Below the pieces are notes generated by a model, which saw only the letters and a program-made list of their open reading frames with translations, did not search any database and had not been told where the DNA came from. From the sequence record SRR31156797_613: 64,000 nt of DNA. The stretch is one strand, 5' to 3'. This document shows, piece after piece, positions 1 to 10,203 of the stretch (position 1 is the first letter of the stretch; every line of letters begins with the position of its first letter). The translations under genes were made by a program, and so were the position numbers.

Positions 1-48
1 GGTTTCATTTATTTTATTAATTCTAATTACTGCCAAAACTTCTTTCAT
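1..48 (-). CDS. nifI2: P-II family nitrogenase regulator NifI2, 5' end only (runs off window)
   Basis: Minus strand AGGAGA RBS then MKEVLAVIRINKINET, a P-II N-terminus, directly after nifI1. Confidence 0.8.
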   Translation of the reverse strand, partial: MKEVLAVIRINKINET

Positions 49-58
49 AGTTTTTCTC

Positions 59-385
59 CTATAGCTTCTCTTGACCGGAACTTACTGTAAATGCTCTTTC
101 TACTTCGGTCACAAATATTTTACCGTCACCAAAAGTTCCTTCTTCACCTGTACGTGCATTCTTTATTACCAAGTGAACAACTTCATCTACAGCTTCATCT
201 TCAACAACCATCATAAGTATTTCTTTTGGAAGCTCATCATAATGAATATCGCCAACCTTGATACCTCTTTGTTTGCCTCGACCTACAACATCAATCTTTG
301 TAACTGCAGCATATCCTGCATCACTTAATTCATTTAATATTACTGAAACCTTTTCAGGTCTTACAATTGATCTTATCATTTTCAT
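59..385 (-). CDS. nifI1: P-II family nitrogenase regulator NifI1
   Basis: P-II motifs IVRPEK, GRGKQRG, GDGKIFV; directly downstream of nifH. Confidence 0.92.
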   Translation of the reverse strand: MKMIRSIVRPEKVSVILNELSDAGYAAVTKIDVVGRGKQRGIKVGDIHYDELPKEILMMVVEDEAVDEVVHLVIKNARTGEEGTFGDGKIFVTEVERAFTVSSGQEKL

Positions 386-409
386 AATAGGTAAACTCCT
401 TTTCTTCTA

Positions 410-1249
<840 letters not shown>

Positions 1250-1278
1250 TTATTTAAAGCATGTTTGCTTTAATGCAT

Positions 1279-1327
1279 AATAAAAGAGGTCTCAATCATG
1301 CTGTATAAAAGCATAATTAAGACCTCT
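1279..1327 (-). terminator. Intrinsic terminator inside the nifH 5' leader (attenuator)
   Basis: 18-bp stem AGAGGTCTTAATTATGCT / AGCATGATTGAGACCTCT with 2 G-U pairs that work only on the minus strand, followed by TTTATT. Confidence 0.8.
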
Positions 1328-1409
1328 ATGTCTGTAATTTTAGTAAAAATATTTATTTTTCAGGACAAGATATGCAAGAGCGTGATACCCATTCCTTCAA
1401 TATATGACG

Positions 1410-1438
1410 ATTATAATACATGTTTATCGATATTGCAA
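1410..1438 (-). promoter_or_regulatory. Sigma-A type promoter of the nif operon
   Basis: TTGCAA - 17 bp - TATAAT on the minus strand. Confidence 0.75.
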
Positions 1439-1715
1439 GCGTAAAATGAATATATCAATACTTCATCCTGCATTTTGTAGCATATGCATATATTTGCAAT
1501 CGATATTTTGTTATATGTCACTGTAATATTCTAATTCTAATTCTTAGCTTTACTTTGGGACAAATTCTCATTGATTTCTATATAATATAGACTTATATTC
1601 TTAATATAATATTTTACCATTAAGCTAAGAAAATATGATGTATAAAAAACATATTTTCTTTACATCAAATCATCTGAATGTTACTATATGTTTAATCGCT
1701 AAGTAGGAGATACTA

Positions 1716-2642
1716 ATGAAAAAGCTTCTCAATACCCTTAAATACATACTGATATTTATTTTAATTATTTTAATTATAAGTACAATTATTCATCATATAA
1801 TGCTAAAAATAGAATTCAAAGAAATTATCCCTAACGGTACTATAATAAGTGTAAATGAACATAATATGCATGTGTATTCCGAGGGTAATTCCAGCGAAAA
1901 TCCCACATTAGTTTTTATGTCAGGCTCAGGAACTGTTGCACCTGTTTATGATTTTAAGCCCCTGTATTCCAAGCTGACAGACAAATATCATATAGCAATT
2001 ATTGAAAAAGCTGGATATGGATATTCAGAAATTTATACCGTATCAAGAGATATCGATACAATGCTGGAAGAAACACGTAAGGCACTAGAATTAGCTGGAA
2101 AAAATCCACCTTATATTCTGCTGCCTCATTCTATGTCTGGAATAGAAGCTATCTACTGGAGTCAAAAATACCCTGACGAAATCAAATGTATAATAGGTCT
2201 GGATATGGCTGTACCTGAACATTATGAATATTTGGATTTTGATGCAGTTAATCTCAGAATCAAAATAGGACAAGTAAGTACATTTTTGGGACTTCACAGA
2301 ACACTAAGCTTTGTTTATCCATTAAATGTTGAAGGATTAACATCTGACGAAATCAAACAACAAAAATATTTAATGTATAAAAACGCCGTAAACAAAAACA
2401 TAATTGACGAAGGTCAAGCTGTTAAAGAAAATTCTAATATTGTAAAAAATGGCGGTTATGCTGAATGTAATATGCTGTTTTTCGTTTCTAATGGAGAAGA
2501 AATTGGTGATTACTGGATACCATGTATAGAAAGCTACGCAGACTTAACAAATTCCGCCGTCATTTACTTAGACGTTCCTCATTATATACATTACTTTGAA
2601 TCTGAAAACATCGCTAAAGAAATAAGTTTGTTCCTTGATTAA
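1716..2642 (+). CDS. Membrane-anchored alpha/beta hydrolase
   Basis: N-terminal TM segment, EKAGYGYS, PHSMSG nucleophile elbow, C-terminal HYIH. Confidence 0.85.
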   Translation: MKKLLNTLKYILIFILIILIISTIIHHIMLKIEFKEIIPNGTIISVNEHNMHVYSEGNSSENPTLVFMSGSGTVAPVYDFKPLYSKLTDKYHIAIIEKAGYGYSEIYTVSRDIDTMLEETRKALELAGKNPPYILLPHSMSGIEAIYWSQKYPDEIKCIIGLDMAVPEHYEYLDFDAVNLRIKIGQVSTFLGLHRTLSFVYPLNVEGLTSDEIKQQKYLMYKNAVNKNIIDEGQAVKENSNIVKNGGYAECNMLFFVSNGEEIGDYWIPCIESYADLTNSAVIYLDVPHYIHYFESENIAKEISLFLD

Positions 2643-2669
2643 TTGTACATCAACAAGGCACTTGTAACC

Positions 2670-3053
2670 TTATATGGCTATCCACCAAAACACCCCATAC
2701 TTATCAATTAAATTTGAGCAGTAATCATTCCAAGGACATGGTGCTGGACCATCAAAGACATGTCCTCCTTCACTTAATATATCAAATGCTTTTTGAACTG
2801 CTTCTTTGTTGCCTAGGCATACATTCATCGCCATTGTCTGCCATTTATCTTTATTGGCAAAATCACAGTCTTCTCTGCATTCAGCAACGGCTATAAACCT
2901 ATTACCATTAATAGATAATTCACAATGTTCATATGCCGATTCATCTTTGTTTTTAAACCCTACACTTATTTCAGCACCGAATACCTTGCAATACGTTTCC
3001 ACTGCTTCTAAGCTGTTTCTCACATACAAATTGACTCCGAAATCTTTTATCAC
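2670..3053 (-). CDS. VOC/PhnB-like (glyoxalase superfamily) protein
   Basis: A..Y..VFGA N-terminus, AFDILSEGG and W..Y...L.DKYGVFW C-terminal pattern; GGGAGA RBS. Confidence 0.8.
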   Translation of the reverse strand: MIKDFGVNLYVRNSLEAVETYCKVFGAEISVGFKNKDESAYEHCELSINGNRFIAVAECREDCDFANKDKWQTMAMNVCLGNKEAVQKAFDILSEGGHVFDGPAPCPWNDYCSNLIDKYGVFWWIAI

Positions 3054-3256
3054 TAAAATCTCTCCCTACTTATACTATTATTTATCTATCCAAATCCCTT
3101 GAAAATAGGAAGATATATTTATCTGTATCTTAATGAAATACACATTAGCCACCGTTATTCTACAATTATATATTAAGTTAACAATTGAATCAATACTATG
3201 CAAATACCATAAATTCAAGTCAATTTTATTGGATAGATATATAGAATTTCTTGTGC

Positions 3257-3269
3257 AAAATCTATAATT
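3257..3269 (+). promoter_or_regulatory. Candidate shared regulatory box of the PUL (AAAATCTATAATT)
   Basis: Identical 13-mer ~120 bp upstream of both this operon and the GH5 gene; contains TATAAT so may partly be a -10 element. Confidence 0.45.
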
Positions 3270-3390
3270 GTTAAGGTATTTCATGTCAAAAAGGAATGGT
3301 TTTCTTAACCGTTTGCGTCCAGTAGAATTAAATATGTAAGGTAGTCTTGCCTTACTAATAGTTTATATTTACACGAACAAGGAGGAATTT

Positions 3391-5157
3391 ATGAGAAATA
3401 GGAAAAGAATTTCTATTTTAGCTGCAATGATGTTAGCTATCATTAGCTTACTTACATTGCCAGTTCATGCTGAAGAAGAAGCAGCAACAGCTTACTTAAC
3501 CTTTGCTGACGAAGCATGGGGATTGGAGTATTGGTTTGACGGCAACGACTATGCACCTGTTGTAGCAACAACTCAGGAAGTAACGAGCTACGGAGAGTAT
3601 ACTGTAGGTCTGGACTTCACAGGTACTGATGCAGGTTTCGCTACAGGAATAGCATTCATGGATGTTGAAGTATCAAATGGTGAAAGTTTGTATCCAGATA
3701 GCTATATGTCTATCGATTCACTAAAGATTAATGGTGAAGAAGTGGAACTAGGCAAAACTTATACATCATCTGATGATGGTAAAGCCACTAGAACAAACCT
3801 ATATAACGAGTGGGTTTCAGAAATAGTTGAAGGTCGTACTGCTGATGGTGATACTGCTGATATTACAGCCGTACCACTAGACAAATCAGACATTATAGAA
3901 ATCAAAACTATTGAAGTAACATTCACATTATCTGAAGGTGTTGCATTTGCAGCTGAAGCAGAAGCAGAAGCTCAAGAATTACCTGAAGAGGGAACAACAG
4001 CATACATTTCTATGGCTGATAATACATGGGCATATAAATACGTTTTCGACGGTAATGACTATTCACCAGTCGTAGCAAACAACGCAACAGTAACAGGATA
4101 TGGTGAGTATACAGTATCTCTTGATTTCACAGGTGTAGACGTTGGCTCATGTCCTGATTTAGTATTCATGGACGTTGAAGTAAAAGGCGGAGAGCTATAT
4201 TTCCCAAATTGCTACATGCAGATTGATTCAGTTAAGATCAACGGTGAAGAAGCTGAAGTAGGCAATACATATACAAGCTCTGATAATGCAGAAGATACAA
4301 GAACAAATCTATATAACACATGGGTTACAGAAATTGCTGAAGGTCGTACAAATGGATTAGAGCTTACAGATGTATCTGCAGTACCTGTTGACGGAGCCTC
4401 ATACACAGAAATAGAAACTGTAGAAGTTACATTTACTTTAGTTGAAGGCGAAACACCTGCTGCAACTGAAGAAGAAGAATATGTAATGCCAACAGAATTT
4501 AACGCATTCATGATGTTCAGTGACGTAAGCGGTGCTTGGGAAACATATGCACCAGGTGTATCAGGCGATACTACAGTAATCGGCGACGGTAAATATGAAG
4601 TATACGTAAAAGCTGAAGATATCGGAGCTACTGGTCAAGCAACTGAAGGTCAAGTTTTCTTAGTTGATATCGAAGAGCTAGGCAGAGCTATGGTTGAATT
4701 AGGCACACTAAGTGAAGCTGATGATGAAAGTCTGACAGTTACTGATGCAGAAGCAACTGTTGAAGTTTACGTTGACGGCGAAAAAGTATATGCAAAGAAC
4801 AACAATATCTTAATGGGTGATATTGAAGGCAATGGCAGACTACGTCTTGAATTATACAACACTTGGGGCACTGGCACTGCTGATAACCCAGTAGTAATGC
4901 CTGACGTATTGACACCAGCAGAAGAAATCAAAGTAGTATTCACATTAGTTGGTACAGGTCTGAATACTGGTGCTGTTATCGAAGAAGAATCTGAACCAGA
5001 GGAAACTGCTGCTGAAGAAACAGTAACTGAAGAAGTTAAAGCAGTTACTGAAGAAGGCGGACTATCCACTACAGCTCTGATTATTATTGTAGTTGCAGCA
5101 ATCATAGTTATTGCAGGTATTTTATTACTAGTAACAAAGAAAAAAAAACAACAATAA
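3391..5157 (+). CDS. Secreted, C-terminally membrane-anchored protein with three tandem putative carbohydrate-binding modules
   Basis: Signal peptide ending VHA; two ~150-aa repeats offset by 170 aa plus a diverged third; C-terminal TM helix + KKKKQQ; repeats match the GH5 C-terminal module. Confidence 0.75.
   Translation: MRNRKRISILAAMMLAIISLLTLPVHAEEEAATAYLTFADEAWGLEYWFDGNDYAPVVATTQEVTSYGEYTVGLDFTGTDAGFATGIAFMDVEVSNGESLYPDSYMSIDSLKINGEEVELGKTYTSSDDGKATRTNLYNEWVSEIVEGRTADGDTADITAVPLDKSDIIEIKTIEVTFTLSEGVAFAAEAEAEAQELPEEGTTAYISMADNTWAYKYVFDGNDYSPVVANNATVTGYGEYTVSLDFTGVDVGSCPDLVFMDVEVKGGELYFPNCYMQIDSVKINGEEAEVGNTYTSSDNAEDTRTNLYNTWVTEIAEGRTNGLELTDVSAVPVDGASYTEIETVEVTFTLVEGETPAATEEEEYVMPTEFNAFMMFSDVSGAWETYAPGVSGDTTVIGDGKYEVYVKAEDIGATGQATEGQVFLVDIEELGRAMVELGTLSEADDESLTVTDAEATVEVYVDGEKVYAKNNNILMGDIEGNGRLRLELYNTWGTGTADNPVVMPDVLTPAEEIKVVFTLVGTGLNTGAVIEEESEPEETAAEETVTEEVKAVTEEGGLSTTALIIIVVAAIIVIAGILLLVTKKKKQQ
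3487..4947 (+). repeat. Intragenic domain repeats (3487-3930, 3997-4440, diverged 4501-4947)
   Basis: Shared FDGNDY.PVVA, YGEYTV.LDFTG, FMDVEV..GE, YTSSD...TRTNLYN.WV, EVTFTL; third copy keeps G.Y.V, R.ELYNTW, VVFTL. Confidence 0.85.
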
Positions 5158-5174
5158 AATCTAATAATTAACAT

Positions 5175-5212
5175 AATGGATGAGGCAGACGTTAAGGTTT
5201 GCCTTGTCCGTT
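5175..5212 (+). other. Intergenic stem-loop without U-tract (possible mRNA stabiliser or partial terminator)
   Basis: 16-bp stem AATGGATGAGGCAGAC / GTTTGCCTTGTCCGTT with 4 G-U pairs, followed by CAACAAA. Confidence 0.6.
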
Positions 5213-5345
5213 CAACAAATTTCAATTACAAAAAGTAGAATGACTAGAGTTAAATATTACATTTCTTGGTTTTGATTATTACAACAGATAAAACAAGTAA
5301 ATGTTATATTTGTATTTTTACAGCAATAGATTTGGGAGAATTACG

Positions 5346-6794
5346 ATGATACAAAATCGTTCAAATAAAATAGTCAAACAAGGTATGGAATATATCATCC
5401 GCATAGGAGCACTGCTTTTATCAGCTATGATGTTCTTCCCCGGTATTAATCCGTCCAGAATTAATGGCTATATTAATAAAACAATGTCGCTTTTCACTTC
5501 TGCAGTTTCATATTCGAGCTTAACACAGGAAGCCGGACGTGCTATAAGGAAAGGTTGGATATCCGAAAGTTCTTTTACAATTGTCTTTATAGCCAGCATA
5601 ATACTCTGCATAGGTATAGCTCTGGCAGCTGCAGGCGGCAGTATTTCATTGGGAAACTTAAGGCTAAAAAATTTGGCAAATAAATTCACTTTATTTGGAA
5701 GTATAGTACAACTAACCGGATTAGCAGGTATTTATATAGCATACCAGCAGGTAAATGCCACAGAATATCCTGATAGAGTATTACCGCAATTTTCTTCCGG
5801 TTATTATTGGTTCTTTATTATAGCTGTTGTAATGCTGGTGATATCATTGATTCAAATGACAATTACACCAAAAGCTTCTAAGGATATGCCATACGAAATA
5901 GATAGAAAATACAGACTATTTCTTATGTTTCTACCCTTTGCAGCTCTAATATTTGTTTTCTCTTATCTTCCGCTATGGGGTTGGAGATATGCTTTCTTCA
6001 ACTACAAAGCAGGCGGAACTTTGTCTGCGGATAACTTTGTAGGATTTAAATGGTTTACATATTTATTTCAGAATGAAGCAACCCGTCAGGATATAGTAAG
6101 AGTATTAAGAAATACACTAGCAATGAGCGGTCTGGGTATCGCTGTAAGCTGGCTGCCTATGATATTTGCTGTCTTTCTGGCAGAAGCAAAAAGCGCAAGG
6201 TTCAAGAGATTTGTTCAAGTGTTTACAACCATACCGAATTTCATCAGTTGGGTTTTAGTCTATGCATTAGCTTTGGCTATGTTTTCTACCGATGGTTTTG
6301 TAAACAGTATAATGATAAATTTTGGATTAACCAGCGAAGCTAAGAATTATCTGATGGGTGATTCATTTGTATGGTTAAAGATGCTGGCGTGGGGTATGTG
6401 GAAAGGATTAGGATGGAGTGCCATTATATACATTGCATCAATTTCAGGTATTGACCCACAATTATATGAAGCTGCAACAGTAGATGGAGCAGGTCGCTTC
6501 CAAAAGATGCGATATATAACATTCCCATCTCTAATGCCTACATACTTTGTATTGCTCGTGTTATCCATTGCAGCTGTATTAAGCAATGGAATGGATCAAT
6601 ACTTAGTATTTGAAAATGCTACAAATACTTCAGTAATCACTGTTCTGGATTTATATGTTTATCAATTAGGTATACAAAATGGAGTTATCCCATTATCTAC
6701 AGTTGTGGGTATGATGAAGTCTGTGATTAGTATCGTACTGCTGTTCATCGGTAACAGAATGTCTAAAATAGTACGCGGCGAAAGCATAGTTTAG
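5346..6794 (+). CDS. Carbohydrate ABC transporter permease (LplB-like) with extra N-terminal membrane domain
   Basis: EAA loop LYEAATVDGAGRFQ, PNFISWV; ~185-aa hydrophobic N-terminal extension; ATG 5346 after GGGAG. Confidence 0.88.
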   Translation: MIQNRSNKIVKQGMEYIIRIGALLLSAMMFFPGINPSRINGYINKTMSLFTSAVSYSSLTQEAGRAIRKGWISESSFTIVFIASIILCIGIALAAAGGSISLGNLRLKNLANKFTLFGSIVQLTGLAGIYIAYQQVNATEYPDRVLPQFSSGYYWFFIIAVVMLVISLIQMTITPKASKDMPYEIDRKYRLFLMFLPFAALIFVFSYLPLWGWRYAFFNYKAGGTLSADNFVGFKWFTYLFQNEATRQDIVRVLRNTLAMSGLGIAVSWLPMIFAVFLAEAKSARFKRFVQVFTTIPNFISWVLVYALALAMFSTDGFVNSIMINFGLTSEAKNYLMGDSFVWLKMLAWGMWKGLGWSAIIYIASISGIDPQLYEAATVDGAGRFQKMRYITFPSLMPTYFVLLVLSIAAVLSNGMDQYLVFENATNTSVITVLDLYVYQLGIQNGVIPLSTVVGMMKSVISIVLLFIGNRMSKIVRGESIV

Positions 6795-6806
6795 GAGGTA
6801 TCGAAA

Positions 6807-7718
6807 ATGAAAAATAGAAAATTTAAATCAAAAGTTAAACCTGGTGAAGTCATATTTGATATCATAAACTATACAGTATTTGCAATATTCACATTGAGTT
6901 GTCTGTTTCCATTTTATTATCTGTTTATAAATACTATTTCTGATAATGAATTGGTTCAAAGAGGATTAATTAACTTTATACCTAGAGGACTACAATTCAA
7001 AAACTATGTATCACTTACAAGTGTTAATGATTTAGGCACATCCTTTATGGTATCAGTAGGAAGAACTGTTATAGGTACTGCAATAATGGTAGTGGCATCT
7101 GCATTCGTTGGATATATAGTTACAAAAAAAGAGATGTGGGCGAGACAGTTCTGGTATCGTTTTGTAATCATTACAATGTATTTCAATGCTGGGTTGATTC
7201 CTTGGTATCTGAATATGTCTATGCTTGGCTTAACAAATAACTTCCTGGCATACATCGTTCCAACAATAATTGCACCCTTTAATATAATCTTGGTAAAAAC
7301 ATATATAGAATCTATACCAGATGAAATTGAGGAGAGCGCATTCATTGACGGTGCTGGATATATGCTCATATTCAGAAGAATTATCTGGCCGCTAAGTAAA
7401 CCAATATTGGCTACTATCGCCATTTTTGGTGCTGTAGGACACTGGAATTCATTTACAGATTCACTGATACTTATGCAGAATGCACCGCATTTATATACAA
7501 TTCAACACAGACTATATAACTACTTGAACAGCACAAACAATTTAGCTGCAATGATGCAGTCAGGTAGTGTATCTGCGGCAGCTGTTCAAAATGCACTAAA
7601 TACTAAAGTTATTAAATATACAATTTCTATGGTAACTATCATACCAATCCTTATGGTATATCCATTTATGCAAAAGTACTTTGAAAAAGGTATTATGCTA
7701 GGAGCGGTAAAGGGATAG
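6807..7718 (+). CDS. Carbohydrate ABC transporter permease (LplC/YtcP-like)
   Basis: IEESAFIDGAG, YPFMQKYFEKGIMLGAVKG C-terminus. Confidence 0.92.
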   Translation: MKNRKFKSKVKPGEVIFDIINYTVFAIFTLSCLFPFYYLFINTISDNELVQRGLINFIPRGLQFKNYVSLTSVNDLGTSFMVSVGRTVIGTAIMVVASAFVGYIVTKKEMWARQFWYRFVIITMYFNAGLIPWYLNMSMLGLTNNFLAYIVPTIIAPFNIILVKTYIESIPDEIEESAFIDGAGYMLIFRRIIWPLSKPILATIAIFGAVGHWNSFTDSLILMQNAPHLYTIQHRLYNYLNSTNNLAAMMQSGSVSAAAVQNALNTKVIKYTISMVTIIPILMVYPFMQKYFEKGIMLGAVKG

Positions 7719-7752
7719 TAGCATAGTATTGTAATAAAATAAGGAGGAAAAT

Positions 7753-9420
7753 ATGAAAAGAAGGATTTTGTTACTAGTTTTGGTCTTAGCTCTTATGACA
7801 ACAATGTTTACGGGCTGTGGTAAAAAGGAAGAGGAAGTAATTACCCTAACGGTATACAGCCAGTTAGCAAATTATTCAGGAGAACAAACGGGGTGGTTTG
7901 CACAGGAACTGCTGGAAAGATTTAATGTTAAGCTAATGATCGTACCAGAAGCAGATGGCGTTTACGACACCAGAATGGAATCTGGAAACCTTGGTGACCT
8001 AGTTGTTTGGGGAAATGATGGTGAAGAGTATATTGGAGCAGTAGACGCTGGACTACTATTTGATTGGAACGAAGATGGTTTGATAGATGAATATGGTTCA
8101 TATATCAAGGAAAATATGCCATATGCATTGGAGAAGAATATCGACATTTCCGATGGTACACTTTATGGATTTGGTCATAATGTTGCTACATCCAGTGAAG
8201 ACCATGATTCATTCTTCTATACTTGGGACTTACGCTGGGACTTATATAAGGAGTTAGGATATCCAGAAGTAAAAGATTTGGATGATTATGTAGAACTAAT
8301 GGCACAAATGAAGGAAATATGCCCAACTGATGATGCTGGTAATCCAACATATGCTGTTTCTCTATGGCCAGACTGGGACGGAAGCATGGTTATGTATGTA
8401 AAGGCAATGGCAACAGCATACTATGGCTACGATGAATTAGGCGTTGGTTTATATAATCCTGAAACAGGTGAATACTACGATGCATTATCAGCAGATGGTC
8501 CTTATATGGAAACATTAAAATTCTTTAATAATCTATATCAAAGAGATTTGTTAGACCCAGATTCAATGACTCAGACATGGGATGATGTTGATGCTAAAGT
8601 ACGTAATGGCGGTACATTCTTCTCAATTTTCAATTTTGCTGGTTACTTAACTTATAACACAGATGAGCATTTAGCTGAAAACAAGATGATGCTTACATTT
8701 ATGCCTGAAGAAGCTACTCCAATAGTATATGGTATGAATGTATACGGCAGTAACAGAATATGGTCAATAGGTGCAAAAACTCAATATCCTGAGCTATGTA
8801 TGGAAATCATTAACTGGTTATCAACACCTGAAGGCAGAATGGTATCAGAATATGGTCCTCAAGGTATATGCTGGGACTACGATGAAGATGGCTATACATA
8901 TGGTACAGAATTAGGTAAGTCAATGCGTAATGACAAAACTCTTGAATTCCCTGAAGATACCGGCTATTACGGACAATTCAAAGATGGTCAAAATCAGATG
9001 GTTAACGTTACTTGGTCTATTAACGCATCTAATCCTGATTCAAACGGTGAGCGCTATGATTGGGAGACATGGAAGAGCAATCAAACAGAACCTGTCAACG
9101 ATATAGAAGCTGACTGGAGAGAGTTCATGGGAGCTGATGATATTCAAGGATATCTTGATAGTCAAGAATATAAACTGGCTTTAGGTACTACCTACTCTGA
9201 AAGCAATAAAACAGACGAACTAAAAGTTGTTTGGGAACAAGTAATAAAAGCAATTGTAGACTATTCTTGGAAAGCAATCTATGCTAGCTCTGACGAAGAA
9301 TTTGATGCAATCGTTGATGAATTGACAGAAGTAGCTAACAGCTACGGTTACGACCAATGTGTTGAATGGTCACTTGGCGAAGCTACTACTAGAAAAGCTC
9401 TAGAGGACGCTGTAAGATAA
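7753..9420 (+). CDS. ABC transporter oligosaccharide-binding lipoprotein
   Basis: Lipobox MFTGC; LRWDLY, WL..PEG, GP.G..W motifs; follows permeases. Confidence 0.9.
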   Translation: MKRRILLLVLVLALMTTMFTGCGKKEEEVITLTVYSQLANYSGEQTGWFAQELLERFNVKLMIVPEADGVYDTRMESGNLGDLVVWGNDGEEYIGAVDAGLLFDWNEDGLIDEYGSYIKENMPYALEKNIDISDGTLYGFGHNVATSSEDHDSFFYTWDLRWDLYKELGYPEVKDLDDYVELMAQMKEICPTDDAGNPTYAVSLWPDWDGSMVMYVKAMATAYYGYDELGVGLYNPETGEYYDALSADGPYMETLKFFNNLYQRDLLDPDSMTQTWDDVDAKVRNGGTFFSIFNFAGYLTYNTDEHLAENKMMLTFMPEEATPIVYGMNVYGSNRIWSIGAKTQYPELCMEIINWLSTPEGRMVSEYGPQGICWDYDEDGYTYGTELGKSMRNDKTLEFPEDTGYYGQFKDGQNQMVNVTWSINASNPDSNGERYDWETWKSNQTEPVNDIEADWREFMGADDIQGYLDSQEYKLALGTTYSESNKTDELKVVWEQVIKAIVDYSWKAIYASSDEEFDAIVDELTEVANSYGYDQCVEWSLGEATTRKALEDAVR

Positions 9421-9432
9421 AAAATTGACTAT

Positions 9433-9460
9433 GGGCTGTTCAGCAATGAGCAGCCCTTTT
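9433..9460 (+). terminator. Intrinsic terminator
   Basis: GGGCTGTTCA-GCAA-TGAGCAGCCC followed by TTTT. Confidence 0.8.
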
Positions 9461-9515
9461 ATAATATACAAAAAAATGATAAAATAAAATTATCGTATGC
9501 AAAGGATGAAAAACA

Positions 9516-10136
9516 ATGAAGATTTTCAGCATAAACAGCCCACTATATAAATTTATGGTAAGATTCTGGGATATAGTAAAGCTAAACTTTTTTTGGCTCT
9601 TGTTTAGCCTGCCTGTAATTACCATTGGTGCATCAACTGTGGCAGCATATTCAGTCACTCTAAAGATGGCAGAAGATAAGGAAGGTCATGTAATAAAGCA
9701 ATTTATACAAGCTTTCAAAGAGAATTGGAAGCAGGGAATACCTCTGGGATTACTGGCATTAGCAGCTAGTTATTTTGTGTATCTAAATATGGAATTTTTC
9801 AATAAACTAAATGATAATCCTGTATTGTTCTTAATAGCTGCTATAATCATTACATTTTTAGGATTGATTTATTTAACATATGCTTTTGCAATAAGTGCAA
9901 GATATCACAATACTCTGATTAATACACTGAAAAATTCAGCAGCCATTTCCTTTAAATATTTTGGCAGAACATTATTGTTATGGATAATTATCGCAGTTAT
10001 CATCGTATTGTTTATGTTTAACTACACTTTGATGTTTTTGGGTATTCTCATAGGCCCAGTATGTATATTCTTAACAGTGAGCGGATTTGCTGTTTATTTC
10101 TTCAAAGAGATAGATAAAGAAAACAAAAGCAATTAG
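9516..10136 (+). CDS. YesL/DUF624 family membrane protein
   Basis: LN..WL..SLP.ITIGAST.A motif, F..AFKENWKQ, multiple TMs; typical sugar-ABC neighbour. Confidence 0.88.
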   Translation: MKIFSINSPLYKFMVRFWDIVKLNFFWLLFSLPVITIGASTVAAYSVTLKMAEDKEGHVIKQFIQAFKENWKQGIPLGLLALAASYFVYLNMEFFNKLNDNPVLFLIAAIIITFLGLIYLTYAFAISARYHNTLINTLKNSAAISFKYFGRTLLLWIIIAVIIVLFMFNYTLMFLGILIGPVCIFLTVSGFAVYFFKEIDKENKSN

Positions 10137-10160
10137 TATGATGTATTTTAATTAAAAAAG

Positions 10161-10187
10161 AAGTACTTACTTAATCAGTAAGTGCTT
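10161..10187. terminator. Probable terminator between convergent genes
   Basis: AAGTACTTACT-TAATC-AGTAAGTGCTT hairpin. Confidence 0.55.
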
Positions 10188-10203
10188 AATATTTATCATT
10201 TCA

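Noticed and set aside
1361-1370. CAGGACAAGA resembling part of a guanidine-III riboswitch
   Set aside because: On the wrong strand for nifH and the rest of the motif is absent
3078-3284. 68-aa ORF in the intergenic region before the PUL
   Set aside because: Low-complexity AT-rich translation, no clear RBS, overlaps the probable promoter region
3487-4947. Cohesin/scaffoldin interpretation of the repeat protein
   Set aside because: No cohesin-like pattern recognised, no dockerin repeats in neighbouring enzymes, and the module matches the GH5's own C-terminal domain
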